Positions 31,017 through 45,103 of a stretch of DNA of 64,000 bases are shown here, one piece after another. Numbering within the stretch: the stretch's first letter is position 1; every line of letters begins with the position of its first letter. The position numbers were made by a program, and so were the translations under genes. The notes below the pieces were generated by a model that did no database searches, was not told where the DNA came from, and was given only the letters and a program-made list of their open reading frames with translations. Source of the DNA: Octopus vulgaris (lineage: Eukaryota). Where the stretch lies: assembly GCA_951406725.2 (NCBI GenBank), contig OX597833.1, positions 4,960,001 through 5,024,000 of the forward strand. Reading direction: 5' to 3'.

Positions 31017-32004
31017 ATGTATGTATGTATGTGTGTGTATGTATGTATGTATGTATGCATGTATGTATGTACGTGAGTGTATGTATGTGTGTGTGTGTGT
31101 GTATGTATGTGTCTATGTATGTATGTATGTGTGTATGTATGTGTGTGTGTATGTATGTATGTATGTATGTATGTGTGTGTATGTATGTGTGTATGTATGT
31201 ATGTATGTATGTATGTGTATGCATGTATGTATGTATGTGTGTGTGTATGTATGTACGTGAGTGTATGTGTGTATATGTGTGTACGTATGTATGCATATTT
31301 CTGTGTATGTGTGGGCGTGTGTGCGTGTGTATTATGCATATATGTGTGTGTGTATGTATATATGTATGTGTGTGTGTGCGTGTATGTATGTATGTTTGTG
31401 TATGTTTGCATATATGTGTGTGTGTATGTATATATGTATGTGTGTGTGTATGTATGTGTGTATGTGTGTGTGTGCGTGTGTTTGTGTATGTATGCATTAT
31501 GTGTGTGTTTGTGTGTGTGTTAGTACATATGCATGTGTGTGTGTATGTGTGTGTATGTATGTGCGTATGTATGTACGTATATGTGTATGTGTGTGTGTTT
31601 GTGTATGTTTATATATATGTAGGTGTGTGTTTGTATGTGTGTGTATGTATGTATATGTCTGTATGTACGCCTGTGTGTATGTATGTATGTGTATGTTTGT
31701 GTCTTTATATATATATATGTGTGTATATATGTGAGTGTGTATGTATGTATATATCTGTATGTACACCTGTGCGTGTGAGGGAAAGAAAGGGAATGAGGAA
31801 GTGAGAAAGTGAGAGAGAGAAAAAGAGAAAGAATGAAAGCGAAAGAGGATGACAGAGAGAAAGAAAGCGTGAGAGAGGGAGAAAAAGAGAAAGAGGGAGG
31901 AAGAAAAGGAAAGAAAATGAAAGATAAAAAGGGAGAGAGAAAGGGAGTAAGAGAAAGAGAGAGAGAGAGAGAATACAAGAAAAAGATAGCGAGAATTTTG
32001 GCAA

Positions 32005-32063
32005 ACATTGGCTTTTATCGTTGCTTAGCAACTGACGCTGATACAGCGTGTTGCTATGGAGGC
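32005..32063. promoter_or_regulatory. Candidate NF-Y/RFX/CRE-half-site module
   Basis: ATTGG (32007), GTTGCTTAGCAAC (32020-32032), TGACG (32033) and GTTGCTATGGAGGC (32050-32063). Confidence 0.35.
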
Positions 32064-32168
32064 TGTAGGAAGTTTAACCGACATTTTCTTGTTATCTAAT
32101 TAAACCACCATTTTCGTTGATGATGATGGTGGCGTTGATGATGATGATGATGATAATGATGATGATGG

Positions 32169-32212
<44 letters not shown>

Positions 32213-32558
32213 GTGATGATGATGTTACGGGGATGTAAACAAACCAACATCGTTTAACCGCCATTTTCGTATTATCTAATTAACCACTATTTTCGATGAT
32301 AATGTTGTTTACGACGACGACGACGACGATGATGATGATGATGATGATGTTACGGGGATGTAAACAAGCCGACATCGTTTAACCGCCATTTTCGTATTAT
32401 CTAATAGTTGTTGTTGTTGTTGTTGTTTAGTTACTGATTCTGCTGACGTATTAAACCAAACTTCACAATATAAATATATAAAATATGAATTAGAGATAAA
32501 ACCACTATTATACAACTCAAACAGTGATAGACATAAACCAATACATAAATAACAATAA

Positions 32559-32650
<92 letters not shown>

Positions 32651-33922
32651 TACATATGTATACACACACGCACATGCAAAGAAATACGAGTACAGATGCA
32701 AGAAAGTGTTAAAAGTAAAATAACCACTATCCAAATAAGAAAGGTTGTGGATCAAGTTCGGTAAACTGTTTTGTGTTTGTATTAACGCGAGTAGACATCA
32801 ACAAACAAACAAACACAAAGAAGATCAGATGCAATTACGATGCAAAAACCACTTACAGTTGACATAAATAGATGGGAAAATAAAACACAGTTAGAGATAA
32901 GAGAGACACAGATGCAAGCAGTGAACCAATTTACACACACACAGGCAGCGACACATAAATTCATTTATGCAATTGAAGCAGATCTCTATAGATATTATCA
33001 ATACCACAAATGTAACGTGTGTTGTTTAGACGCCAGGAGCTGCAGTATTTCGTCTGGTAAAATCCATTTAAGGATGTATAATGCTAAAAAAAAAAACACA
33101 GCATGATTCAGAGCTGTTTCTGATGCCGTATTTCATCGTAGTTGCGGCTTATCAATGACACTTGGTTCACTTACGAATCAAAATCGAAATCGCTAGTATG
33201 AAGTACATACAGAGCTGTTCCTAATGAAATCAACCCAGAAGTGACCACGGGAGCAACTGTGGCCGTATTTATTTCTGGCAGAGTGAATTGCGTTATGGTG
33301 CTGTTTTTCTCATAGACGGTGCTCAGCTGACCCTACAATACTGTGTAGTCGACAAAATCAAAAACAAACAATGCGCATGCACGAAATTAAAAATACAAAG
33401 AGGCGACAATTTACCCATCGCACCCTGTATGTTTTCTGAGAAACACAAAGTATAATATAATTTTAGTACTTATTTTAACACTAGTGGCTGTTCCAACGGG
33501 CTATGGTGCCGAAACCGTTAAGTTACAGGAACGTAAACAACATAATACCGGTTTTCCAGTGGTCGGGAGACAAACGCAAAGATACATTTACTCACACAGT
33601 TTCCCTCTGTCAAATTCACTCACAAGGTCATTGGCTGACCCGGGGCTATAATAGAAGATACTCGTTCAATGTAACACGCAGTGAGACTGAACGTGAAACC
33701 GCGAGATTGAGAGGTGAACTACTTAACCATACACCTAACCCTGCGCATAGAACTTGATACGCCACGTAATGTTTATCTAAGTAGTCATTAACATTTTGTA
33801 TATCTTATCAACTCAGATTTACCGTAGAAAGATTGGAACCCGCGCTTCTTGTCTCGGGAAGGCATCTTGTACAGACGCAGAGCGTTAAAAGCAAACATCC
33901 ACTCCTAACAGCCTCAACAGCC

Positions 33923-34278
33923 GCCGTGGTGATCTCATTCTCGCCCACAACATCATAAGCGGAAAGTGTAACCTCTCGAAAGAGCTGTTCTTCACTCCTG
34001 CTCCAGAGCGTCGGCTGCGGGGTCATTCCGAAAAGCTCTATCTGCGACGATTTCATCTCAATCGAAGGAGAGGAGCTTTCTCCGTCCGGGTTGCGGATCC
34101 GTGGAACAAGCTGCCAGACGAGATGGTGAAGATGCCGACGACCGCTTTGTTCAAAGCCTCCCTTGACCTCAAGTGGCCTGAACTCTTTACATGAACACCA
34201 CCCTGTACTTAACTCCATGTCCCCCTACATGGCCTTGCTTTTTGCTTTTGAGCCAAATTAACTAACTAACTAACTAAT

Positions 34279-34327
<49 letters not shown>

Positions 34328-34328
34328 G
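33923..34328 (+). mobile_element. CR1-type LINE 3' end with (AACT)n tail
   Basis: RGDLILAHNIISGKCNL...RGHSEKL...AFSVRVADPWNKLPDE. Close copy of 57598-58070. Confidence 0.88.
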
Positions 34329-35180
34329 ATGTAGAAAAAGAGTGATTAACAAGTCACTGCTTGTATTTGCTACTGATGACGTTCAAAGAAGCAGAAATAC
34401 GTATTTGACAATTCGACCATCGCTGCTGGACACTTTTCGTCTGCTACCGATATATTTCTACAGTATATCTGCGTTAAGTATGATATACAAATTGCCAATT
34501 TGAACTAATACTGCTACCACCGCTAATTAACGGAGTAAATAGTGGTATTTCGAACGATGACTGCATTCTCCGTAACTTCCTCCCGACCGATTTTTAAAAC
34601 AAATTGTTCTGCAGTTTTCTTTTTCTCAAAAGGAAACAAATAAACTTAATTAATAATTCTTTCTTGAAGCAATTATATTAGAATATTTATTTCAAAGGAA
34701 TATTTTCTGTGGATGATTCAAAATTCAGCATATTCTCTGCGAGAAGCCATATCGATTTTCTTGCACATCAATCGACATACATGCGGTACAAATATGTCGC
34801 TCATACTTTGTTTCTAATCAAAAAATCAATACCATAATTCCCTGCAAGTATTGGTGTTTGTTTCTTTTTCCCTTGTAAGAGTTACCAGTTTCTTTCTTTC
34901 GTGAATAAATATTCTTATTTAATTTATTTATAACGTAAATTATTTTATGTCCTTGTTCGAAGTACTTTTTTTTTCGTTAACTGTCTGAGATAGAGCTAAT
35001 GTTATTTAAAAAAATAAAAATATTATTCGGAATATATATGTCTATTCATACATTGTTTTACGTACTCAACTACTCAACACACAGGCACATTTACCGCCCA
35101 TATATATGTATATGTATATATATATATGTATGTATATATCAATATCTATATATTCTTTCCAATTTAACTAAAAATTCCAT

Positions 35181-35270
35181 ATGCAGCTAAAGATTGCTCT
35201 ACATTTTAAGACTGATGTAATACTTGCATTGTTTAATTAAATGAAGTCGCATGAAACGATCGTACTGCAT
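35181..35270 (+). ncRNA. Hammerhead motif with long helix II loop, G5->A
   Basis: AUGCAG-CUAAAGA-UUGC...GCAU-GAAA-C-GAUC-GUA-CUGCAU: 6-bp helix I and palindromic ACGAUCGU helix III. Confidence 0.5.
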
Positions 35271-35602
35271 TACTTCTGGATATCCTTGTTGCTTATTTTG
35301 ATTATATATATATATATATATATTATATAATAGTTTACCCGTACTGTCAACAATTGAAAAGAATACTTTTAACAAAAAGAAAAAAAGATAAATAAATAAA
35401 CTATGCCATTGTAGTTGCGGGTTGGTCCCCCTAGTCTCCTGGCAACCAATATTTTTAGACCCAGTCTGCCTCTGGTTACTGACATTGAGTTTTGTATAAT
35501 AAATAATCTTTGATTTTTTTTTTGTTAATATTCCGGCGACGAGGATTAACTCTGGATCCACCCACCAACCCGCCGTATATTTCATGAATTTAGAGGGTTT
35601 AG

Positions 35603-35842
35603 ATTTGCGATACTATCCCTTTATTTCCCAACATAGATGGGCAGATTCCTAAAGATTCCGCTCGCGTATTCATAGCAAACAAGGCACAGGCCCAGACTTT
35701 AGATCGTGTAGGTGTATTGTTACCCACTCCGATGTTTACACATGGCCATTTATACGTCGCTATGAGTAGAGCAACGGACTCCAGTGATTTGAAGATTAGT
35801 GTCAACCAAACAGAAAATATCGCCTACAAAGAAGTTTTGTAA
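35603..35842 (+). pseudogene. Helitron PIF1-like helicase C-terminal remnant
   Basis: Open frame ...IANKAQAQTLDRVGVLLPTPMFTHGHLYVAMSRATDSSDLKISVNQTENIAYKEVL* matches Helitron helicase motifs V/VI (INKSQGQ...FSHGQLYVALSR...NIVYKEVL). Absent from the ORF track. Confidence 0.85.
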
Positions 35843-36044
35843 TCATATTGATATTATCGGAAGGAATATGATTCATGATTTAAATAAGGAAATTTGTGAC
35901 CTTTAAATGCATAAGAGTATAAACAAGCGTTAAATAGTGTAAACAGCTAAAATAAATATAAGATATAAATATAAAATAAATATAAAACATAAATATAAAA
36001 TAAATATAAAATATAAATATAAATATAAAATATAAATATAAAAT

Positions 36045-36207
36045 GGCGTAGGAGTGGCTGTGTGGTAAGTAGCTTGCTAACCAATCACATGGTTCCGGGT
36101 TCAGTCCCACTGCGTGGCATCTTGGGCAAGTGTCTTCTGCTATAGCCCCGGGCCGACCAATGCCTTGTGAGTGGATTTGGTAGACGGAAACTGAAAGAAG
36201 CCTGTCG

Positions 36208-36268
<61 letters not shown>

Positions 36269-36492
36269 ATGTGTTTGTGTGTCTGTGTTTGTCCCCCTAG
36301 CATTGCTTGACAACCGATGCTGGTGTGTTTACGTTCCCGTCACTTAGCGGTTCGGCAAAAGAAACCGATAGAATAAGTACTGGGCTTACAAAGAATAAGT
36401 CCCGGGGTCGATTTGCTCGACTAAAGGCGGTGCTCCAGCATGGCCGCAATCAAATGACTGAAACAAGTAAAAGAGTAAAAGAGTAAAGAGTA
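36045..36492 (+). mobile_element. SINE family A, full length
   Basis: Near-identical to 29627-30038. Confidence 0.9.
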
Positions 36493-36722
36493 TAAAATAT
36501 AAATATAAATATAAAATATAAATATAAACTGTAAACAAACTAAAATATAACATAAGGGGGATCAGCCATCTGAATGTGGCTAGGGTCAGGGCGGGGTGGT
36601 GGGGGTGTTACTGATGCATTTAGCCCCAGGCGAACATCAACGTCACCAGAAGAGCTGACACCACCTCGGTGTCCTTGCCAGCTTGCAAAGGGAGATCAGC
36701 CTCCCCGAAGATACGGATACTA

Positions 36723-36765
36723 CACACGGACCGGTTTCGAGGTTATTGCCTCTTGTCAACGTATG
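36723..36765 (-). ncRNA. Minimal hammerhead motif, U3-A8 covariant core
   Basis: CAUACG-UUGACAA-GAGG-CAAUAA-CCUC-GAAA-C-CG-GUC-CGUGUG. Confidence 0.65.
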
Positions 36766-37290
36766 GTAAGCACCGCTCTTCGTTGAGGGACTCTCTCTAC
36801 AGGCTGGATATATAGATTTTCACAGTAACCGCAGTCACTGGCGTAGAAAATCCGTTCGAAAACTAAAATATAAACAAGCGTAAAATAGCGTAAACAACTA
36901 AAATAAAAGTATATCTAAATAGCATTTTTTCTGAATACTTTTTATGAAATGGCCGAAGGAAGACCTGGCTTTCGTTTGGAGATCCACGAATGCTTTCGTT
37001 AGGACGTCCACGTGACCATTCGTGATACAGAGGCTGGGAGCCTATTTCAGTACGGGAGTGAATCGCCATCACATGTCACTTAGTCGCAAACACATGTCTT
37101 ACAGCTGCAAGAGAATTCTGGATCATCATCGATAATGTGATTTCTCCAAGACATCACCCAGAAATCTATCAAAGCTCGTTTACACGTTTCTCAATACGTA
37201 CTACTGTTATGACTTCCTTTCCCTCATTTTATGCCACCGTCGTAGATTGGTAGATTTGCTAGTAATGATAATTGTTGTAGAAGGAACACA

Positions 37291-37344
<54 letters not shown>

Positions 37345-37460
37345 TGGTCGAGTGGGGGAATACAGGATCATAAAACTGACAGCAAAACAAAAGTTTACCT
37401 GCGATTACATAAGATATCTCATGTTTACACATGACCTAGATTTGCATAGTTTTAGCTTTC

Positions 37461-37498
<38 letters not shown>

Positions 37499-37737
37499 AT
37501 AGTGTCATGTGTTCGGACACGTTGTCATGTTACATAAACAGGTGTGTCTCTATGTATACACCTGTATATATGAAATGACGTTTCCCTACACATCACACAC
37601 ACACACACACACGCAGCAGTGTTACGTCATTTGGAGGCTAAAACAATGCGAAGTGCATTGTGACCAGCGATGTGTAGCAACATCTGATAGCCTGGTCGGT
37701 CACGGTGATCACGGTGATATATATATATATATATATA

Positions 37738-38123
37738 CTAGCAGTATCGCCCGGCGTTGCTCAGGTTTGTAAGGGAAATAACTATAAAGCATTTTTAGAG
37801 AGTTATAGCCAAAAAATAGCAAAAAAATGGAAAAAAAATTATGGTAAATTTTTTTTTGAGAGTTAAAAAAGGTGGAGTTGCGTCCCCTAGACGGTCTGTG
37901 GTTTGGGTTTCTGATTCTCGACCCCATGTCGAATTTATCGATTTTTTTCAGAACTGGGGGAACTTTTCAAAATTTTCGCTGCGTTAGTTTTGAATTATGA
38001 CATTGGGCTATGTGTGTGTCAAGTTTCATCAGAATCGGTTGAAAGCCGTGGTCAGGGTGAGGGTACGAGAAAACAGACACACAGAAACACGCACAGACAA
38101 ACTGCCGTTTATATAGAGAGAGA
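37738..38123 (-). mobile_element. Non-autonomous Helitron (3' end shared with 30075-30582)
   Basis: Minus strand A|TCTCTC...GCAACGCCGGGCGATACTGCTAG|T. The 5' part recurs at 63604-63815 (+), and an 86-bp relic lies at 59018-59103. Confidence 0.8.
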
Positions 38124-38326
38124 TATTGGCCTGCTCGCTTAGCCAGCGGGGTGGCTTCATTCGAAGGCTAAACAATGCAAACGAATTGTGACCAGCGATG
38201 TGTAGCAACATCTGATGGTCTGGTCGGTCACTTGATCACGTGATATATATATATATATATATATCACCGTGACCGACCAGGCTATCAGATGTTGCTACAC
38301 ATCGCTGGTCACAATGCACTTCGCAT

Positions 38327-38533
38327 TGATAGCCTGGTCGGTCACGGTGATCACGGTGATATATATATATATATATATCACCGTGATCACCGTGACCGAC
38401 CAGGCTATCAGATGTTGCTACACATCGCTGGTCACAATGCACTTCGCATTGATAGCCTGGTCGGTCACGGTGATCACGGTGATATATATATATATATATA
38501 TCACCGTGATCACCGTGACCGACCAGGCTATCA
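38327..38533. repeat. Two tandem perfect 84-bp palindromes centred on (TA)n, 123-bp period
   Basis: TGATAGCCTGGTCGGTCACGGTGATCACGGTGA-(TA)n-TCACCGTGATCACCGTGACCGACCAGGCTATCA at 38327-38410 and 38450-38533. Confidence 0.93.
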
Positions 38534-38811
38534 GATGTTGCTACACATCACTGGTCACAATGCGCTTCGCATTGTTTTAGCCTCCGAATGACGCTACCCC
38601 GCTGGCTAAACGAGCCGGCCAACAGAAGAAAGAGTGAGAGAAAGTTGTGGCGAAAGAGCACAGCAGGGATCGCCACCACCCCCTGCCGGAGCGTCGTGGA
38701 GCTTTAGGTGTTTTCGCTCAATAAACACTCACAACACCCGGTCTGGGAATCGAAACCGCGATCCTACGACCGCGAGTCCGCTGCCCTAACCACTGGGCCA
38801 TTGCGCTTCCA
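38503..38811 (-). mobile_element. SINE family C (tRNA head 1 + tail ending GTCACGGTGATCACGGTGA(TA)n)
   Basis: A-box TGGCCCAGTGG and B-box GGTTTCGATTCCC on the minus strand. Tail fragments at 37630-37717 and 38126-38243 (+), and a head fragment at 10362-10526. Confidence 0.8.
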
Positions 38812-39488
38812 CACACACACACACACACACACACGCATACATATACATATATACATATATACATACATACATACCCACACACACGCATACATATACATAT
38901 ATACATACATACATACACACTTACATACATACATACATACAAACATGCATGCATACATACACACACGCATACATATACATACACACACGCATACATATAT
39001 ATACATACATACATACATACACACGTACATACATACATACATACACACATACATACATACATACATACACACATACATACATACACACATACATACATAC
39101 ATACATACATACATACATACATACATACATACACACATACATACATACATACATACATACATACATACGTACATACATCCATACATACATACATACATAC
39201 ATACATACATGCATACACTCACACATACATACATACATACATACATGCAGGCATAAATATAATTATACACATACATACACACATACACGTACAGAAACAC
39301 TCATTCACACAAATCCAAACAAGATGAAGTGAAGAACTTGGAACGGATTAACCTCGTGAAACAGGTTCCATCCATTTATATAATACGTGTGTGTGTGTGT
39401 ATGTGTACATCTGTTCATGTGTGTGAGTGTGTGTGTATATGCTCATATATATATATATATATATTCCTGAGCGCCATACTAATACAGT

Positions 39489-39880
39489 AGTGGAAGCGCA
39501 ATGGCCCAGTGGTTAGGGCAGCGGACTCGCGGTCATTGGATTGCGGTTTCAATTCCCAGACCTGGCGTTGTGAGTGTTTATTGAGCGAAAACACCTAAAA
39601 ACGCTCCACGAGGCTCCGGCAGGGGATGGTGGTGATCCCTGCTGTACTCTTTCACCACAACTTTCTCTCACTCTTACTTCCTGTTTCTGTTGTACCTGTA
39701 TTTCAAGGGGCTGGCCTTGTCACTCTCTGTATCATGCTGAATATCCCCGAGAACTACGTAAAGGGTACACGTGTCTGTGGAGTGCTCAGCCACTTACACG
39801 TCAATTTCACGAGCAGGCTGTTCCGTTGATTCGGATCAACCGGAACCCTTGTCGTCGTAACCGACGGTGTGCTTCCTTTG
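39489..39880 (+). mobile_element. SINE family D (tRNA head 1 + tail ending GTCGTCGTAACCGACGG), with 11-bp TSD
   Basis: ACTAATACAGT at 39478-39488 and 39881-39891. A and B boxes present. Confidence 0.88.
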
Positions 39881-40205
39881 ACTAATACAGTTGTTAGTTT
39901 GTACTCCACCTACCTTCGTCTTTTGTTTATTTTCGTAAACCTCCCCGTTATATACATATATACATAGATATTCATGTATATACATAGGTGTCTGTATACA
40001 TGCTTATATATATATATATGCAGATAAATACAGGTGTGTGTGTGTGTACGTGAGGGGGTCGGCAAATGCATGGTGCCTGGTGCTATTAAGTTAGACATGG
40101 TCTGGGCCAATCTTTGATCGAAAATATCCACGTTTGTATTTATATTTCGAACGTTTGTTTTTCTGTCACGATGTAAGTTTATAAACAATTTAATCTTAAT
40201 GCCGA

Positions 40206-40264
<59 letters not shown>

Positions 40265-40270
40265 CGGTAA

Positions 40271-40409
<139 letters not shown>

Positions 40410-40417
40410 TATATATG

Positions 40418-40496
<79 letters not shown>

Positions 40497-40812
40497 GTGT
40501 GTTTGTGTACGAATATATGTACATACATGTATATATAAATGTAACATATGATAAACTGATCCCCGTGTGTATATATTTGTATGTGTGTGTGTGTGTGTAT
40601 GTCTCTTATCATGAGCAAACCAATATAGCGTTAGTGCATTGGATCTACTGCTGCGCCACCCTCCCCTCAAATTACTTTGTGACCGATCGGTTTGGTATTT
40701 AAATGAATAATGGTGGTGGTGGTGGCGAGCGCCGTCTAATGGAATAATTTCATAATATTAGTGATTAAAGGGCAATTAGTGACTATACTGATTGTTGCAA
40801 TCTATTTGTCCA

Positions 40813-41449
<637 letters not shown>

Positions 41450-41704
41450 TATATATATGTATGTATATATACATATATATGTATATATTTGTGTGCTTGT
41501 GTCTGTTTATCCCTCCACCATCGCTTGACAACGGATGTTGGTGTGTTTACGTCTCCGTACCTTAGCGGTTCGGCAAAAGAGACCGATAGAATAAGTACCA
41601 GGCTTACAAAGAATAAGTCCAGGGGTCGATTTCTAAAAGGCAGTGCTCCAGCCTGGTCACAGTCAAAACGACAAAAAAGTAAAAGAATAAAAGAATATAT
41701 ATAC

Positions 41705-41921
41705 AGAGTGGTTGTAAACTGTCAACTTAACGTGACAGTCCTGTAAGGGAATTACACCACTGCTGTTTAGCCCTAGGAAGCATCGACGCTTCCTGTCGGC
41801 CTTGACACATTTCCTGGTGTCAAGGTCGACATGAAGCGTCGATGCTTCCTAGGGCTAAACAGCAGGTGGTGTAATTCCCTTACAGGACTGTCACGTTACG
41901 TTGATAGTATACAACCACTCT
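41705..41921. repeat. Long near-perfect inverted repeat (about 104-bp arms, 8-nt loop)
   Basis: AGAGTGGTTGTA...CTTGACAC-atttcctg-GTGTCAAG...TACAACCACTCT. Confidence 0.93.
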
Positions 41922-42000
41922 ATCGATCCACCACCGTACATATCTCTATGAGATATTGCAAAATTTAATATTTCTGAATATATATTTTTTTTTTCTCGGT

Positions 42001-42574
42001 AAACATGGGTCCATCACTATGATCCTGAGACTAAAGCCCAGGGGAAGCACTGGAAGCATGATAATTCACCCCTTCCAAAGAAGGCTCGTGTCCAACCCTC
42101 TGCAAGCTTGGTGATGCAGCGTGGTCTTTTGGGACCAGCGTGGTGTAGTGATGATGGATTTTCTGGCAAAGGGCACCACAGTTATTATGCCACTCTGCTG
42201 AAGAAATTGTGGGATGCCATCAAAGCAGAGAGACGTTGCATGCTGACCAAAGGAGTTCGCTTCCTCCAAGACAACGCCCCAGTTTACAATGTGCATTTTG
42301 CACAGATAAAAGCACGACCCTTCGGCTGTGAAATCCTTCCTCATCACCCTTGCGCTCCCAACTTCGCATCATCTGACTTCCACCTCTTTCCAAATATGGA
42401 GTCTTTTTCGAAGAGGAGGCACTTCCCGGATGATGGTGAACTGCTGCATAAAGCGACGAGAGTGGCGCGTCACAATTGGTGGTGGCCATGCAGAAAAGGA
42501 CTAACAATTAAATTTCATTCATCCCAGTGTTTGGGAAGTGGGTCAAGGGAAATCTTTAATGAACACCCTCCGTA
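42001..42574 (+). mobile_element. Mariner transposase pseudogene fragment plus probable right TIR
   Basis: TWVHHYDPETKAQ...FWDQRG...LQDNAPV...LPHHPCAPNFASSDFHLFP, frameshifted. TIR-like CTTTAATGAACACCCTCCG|TA at 42554-42574. Confidence 0.88.
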
Positions 42575-43031
42575 CACACACACACACGCACACTCACGCA
42601 TGCACACACACACAGTATGTATGTCGTTCAATGCTCGAAATGAGGAGTAGATAGACAGCCGACAATTGACGAAGGGTCGCTCTTTGTTTTACTTGTTCAG
42701 TTTTCCGTTTGTTTCTCTCGTCGTTTGCGTAATGAACTCATTTGTTTTCGTAATTCCTGTTGTTTACTGTTGGTGACGTCCTGTAACCATATATGCATAT
42801 GTATATATATTTATATATATATATATGTATATATTTGTATATAAATATATATATATATATGCACATATATATATGCATACATATATATATAATTGAAGTT
42901 AATCGCCACATCAGTATGGCTGTTCGACGTTTCTACCGATTAACCCCAGGCAGATCTTCCACCAGCTGGTTATAGGTACAGAGGAGCACTTGGAATATAT
43001 TTGTATGTATGTATGTGTGTGTGTGTATACT

Positions 43032-43067
<36 letters not shown>

Positions 43068-43205
43068 CATACACACACATATATATATATACATGTATAT
43101 ATATACATATATAAACACATATATATGCATAAATACAAACATATATATACATACATACACACATACACATATACACACATATATATGCATACATACATGC
43201 ATACA

Positions 43206-43236
<31 letters not shown>

Positions 43237-43381
43237 GTATATATAATGGAATAATTATTGTGAAGCATTATGTAGAATATATTGTATAAAAGATCGTGGG
43301 TAAGGCCAAAACAATAAGGCAAAATAAATGCAAGGTAAATCACAAGAAAGCAAATATGTGAATTAATGTAAACTTACTTTG

Positions 43382-43422
43382 TATTCAATATTTCGGGGTT
43401 GTGATCCCATTTTCAAGAAATA
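43382..43422 (-). ncRNA. Minimal hammerhead-like motif, U3-A8 core
   Basis: UAUUUC-UUGAAAA-U-GGG...CCC-GAAAUAUU-GAAUA. Helix I is weak and bulged. Confidence 0.4.
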
Positions 43423-43553
43423 TTGAATATAAGTTAAGTCTACGTTAATTCACACAATTGTTTTCTTGTGGTTTATCTTGCATTTACGACGCATTGTATT
43501 TGGCCTTACACTCCCATATACATATCTATTTATATGTGCAAGTAGTGACAGAA

Positions 43554-43588
<35 letters not shown>

Positions 43589-44080
43589 GAGAGAGAGAGA
43601 GAGAAGAAAGAGAGAATGAGATACGAAAAGTCAGTCAGTCGGAGACCCAGTTCAAAAGTCACAAGATTCTCATATCAATGAATGGTGTGATCGTTTAAAA
43701 TGTGCACTCGTTCACCAAAATTGCAACACCTTCCAGATTATTGAGTCAGCAACCAGTATTACGACATGTCGGTATGAACTGACATGATTGCATACTCGTG
43801 TGGATATATATGTATGTATATTCATATGTATTTATATATATGTATGTATGAATGTATGAATGTATGTATGTATGTATGTATGAATGTATGTATGTATGTA
43901 TGTATGCATGTATGTATGTATGTATGTATGTATATATGTATGTATGTATGTATGCGTTTATGTATTATCGTATGATTTAGAAGACGAGGAAGTAAATTTA
44001 ACCACTGGTTATAAATGTTTTTGTGTCAATTCTCTCGTAGCCAGATCTTATGTAAATAATTTCGTCTGTCTATTTTTCTA

Positions 44081-44159
<79 letters not shown>

Positions 44160-44170
44160 GAACATATCTA

Positions 44171-44210
<40 letters not shown>

Positions 44211-44536
44211 TCTATCTATATCTATCTATCTATCAACATATCTATCTGTCTGTCTATCTGTCTGCAGGTCTGTCTGAGTGTCTGTGCATTTGGCTGAGCC
44301 ATTATACCACAAATTTCTTCAGTCCTATAAAGCCTTCGTAAATACGCAACTGGTAGAGGTGAAAAAAACGGGGAATTCTTTTTAGCCAACAAGCAACTTT
44401 CGGCAATGGAGAAAAACCCAAATACACTGTGGTAATATATACATATAAGTTATCATCATTATAATCACCATCCTATGCATTATATAAGACATACACACAC
44501 ACATAATAAATCATAAATAGTATATATATATATATA

Positions 44537-44749
44537 CTATTTTACTATTTACTTGTTTCAGTCATTTGACTGCGGCCATGCTGGAGCACCGCCTTTTAAT
44601 CGAGCAAATCGACCCCGGGACATATTCTTTGTAAGCCCAGTACTTATTCTATCGGTCTCTTTTGCCGAACCGCTAAGTGACGGGGACGTAAACACACCAG
44701 CATCGGTTGTCAAGCAATGCTAGGGGGACAAACACAGACACACAAACCG

Positions 44750-44828
<79 letters not shown>

Positions 44829-44992
44829 TACGACAGGCTTCTTTCAGTTTCCGTCTACCAAATCCACTCACAAGGCATTGGTCGGCCCGGGGCTATAGTA
44901 GAGACACTTGCCCAAGATGCCACGCAGTGGGACTGAACCCAGAACCATGTGGTTGGTTAGCAAGCTACTTACCACACAGCCACTCCTGCGCC
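44537..44992 (-). mobile_element. SINE family A, full length
   Basis: Reverse complement of family A. Confidence 0.9.
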
Positions 44993-45014
44993 TATGTATA
45001 TATGTATATATGTA

Positions 45015-45103
<89 letters not shown>

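Noticed and set aside
33080-33430. Tc1/mariner relic ending GCACCCTG|TA
   Set aside because: Only one TIR-like end and no convincing transposase translation, so too weak to annotate.
34365-34412. CTGATGA...GAAATACGTATTT hammerhead-like order
   Set aside because: No credible helix I or helix II despite the palindrome.
39489-39565. tRNA gene
   Set aside because: A/B boxes are present, but the sequence continues into a 390-bp repeat with a TSD, so it is a SINE head. The same applies to the other tRNA-like heads.
40676-40705. Minus-strand AAACCGATCGGTC palindromic helix III-like motif
   Set aside because: No upstream core or helix II, and G12 is absent.
42625-42690. Permuted (type II) hammerhead: GAAA upstream of (C/U)UGANGA, also near 45224 and 50763-50800
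   Set aside because: Helices I and III cannot be formed convincingly.
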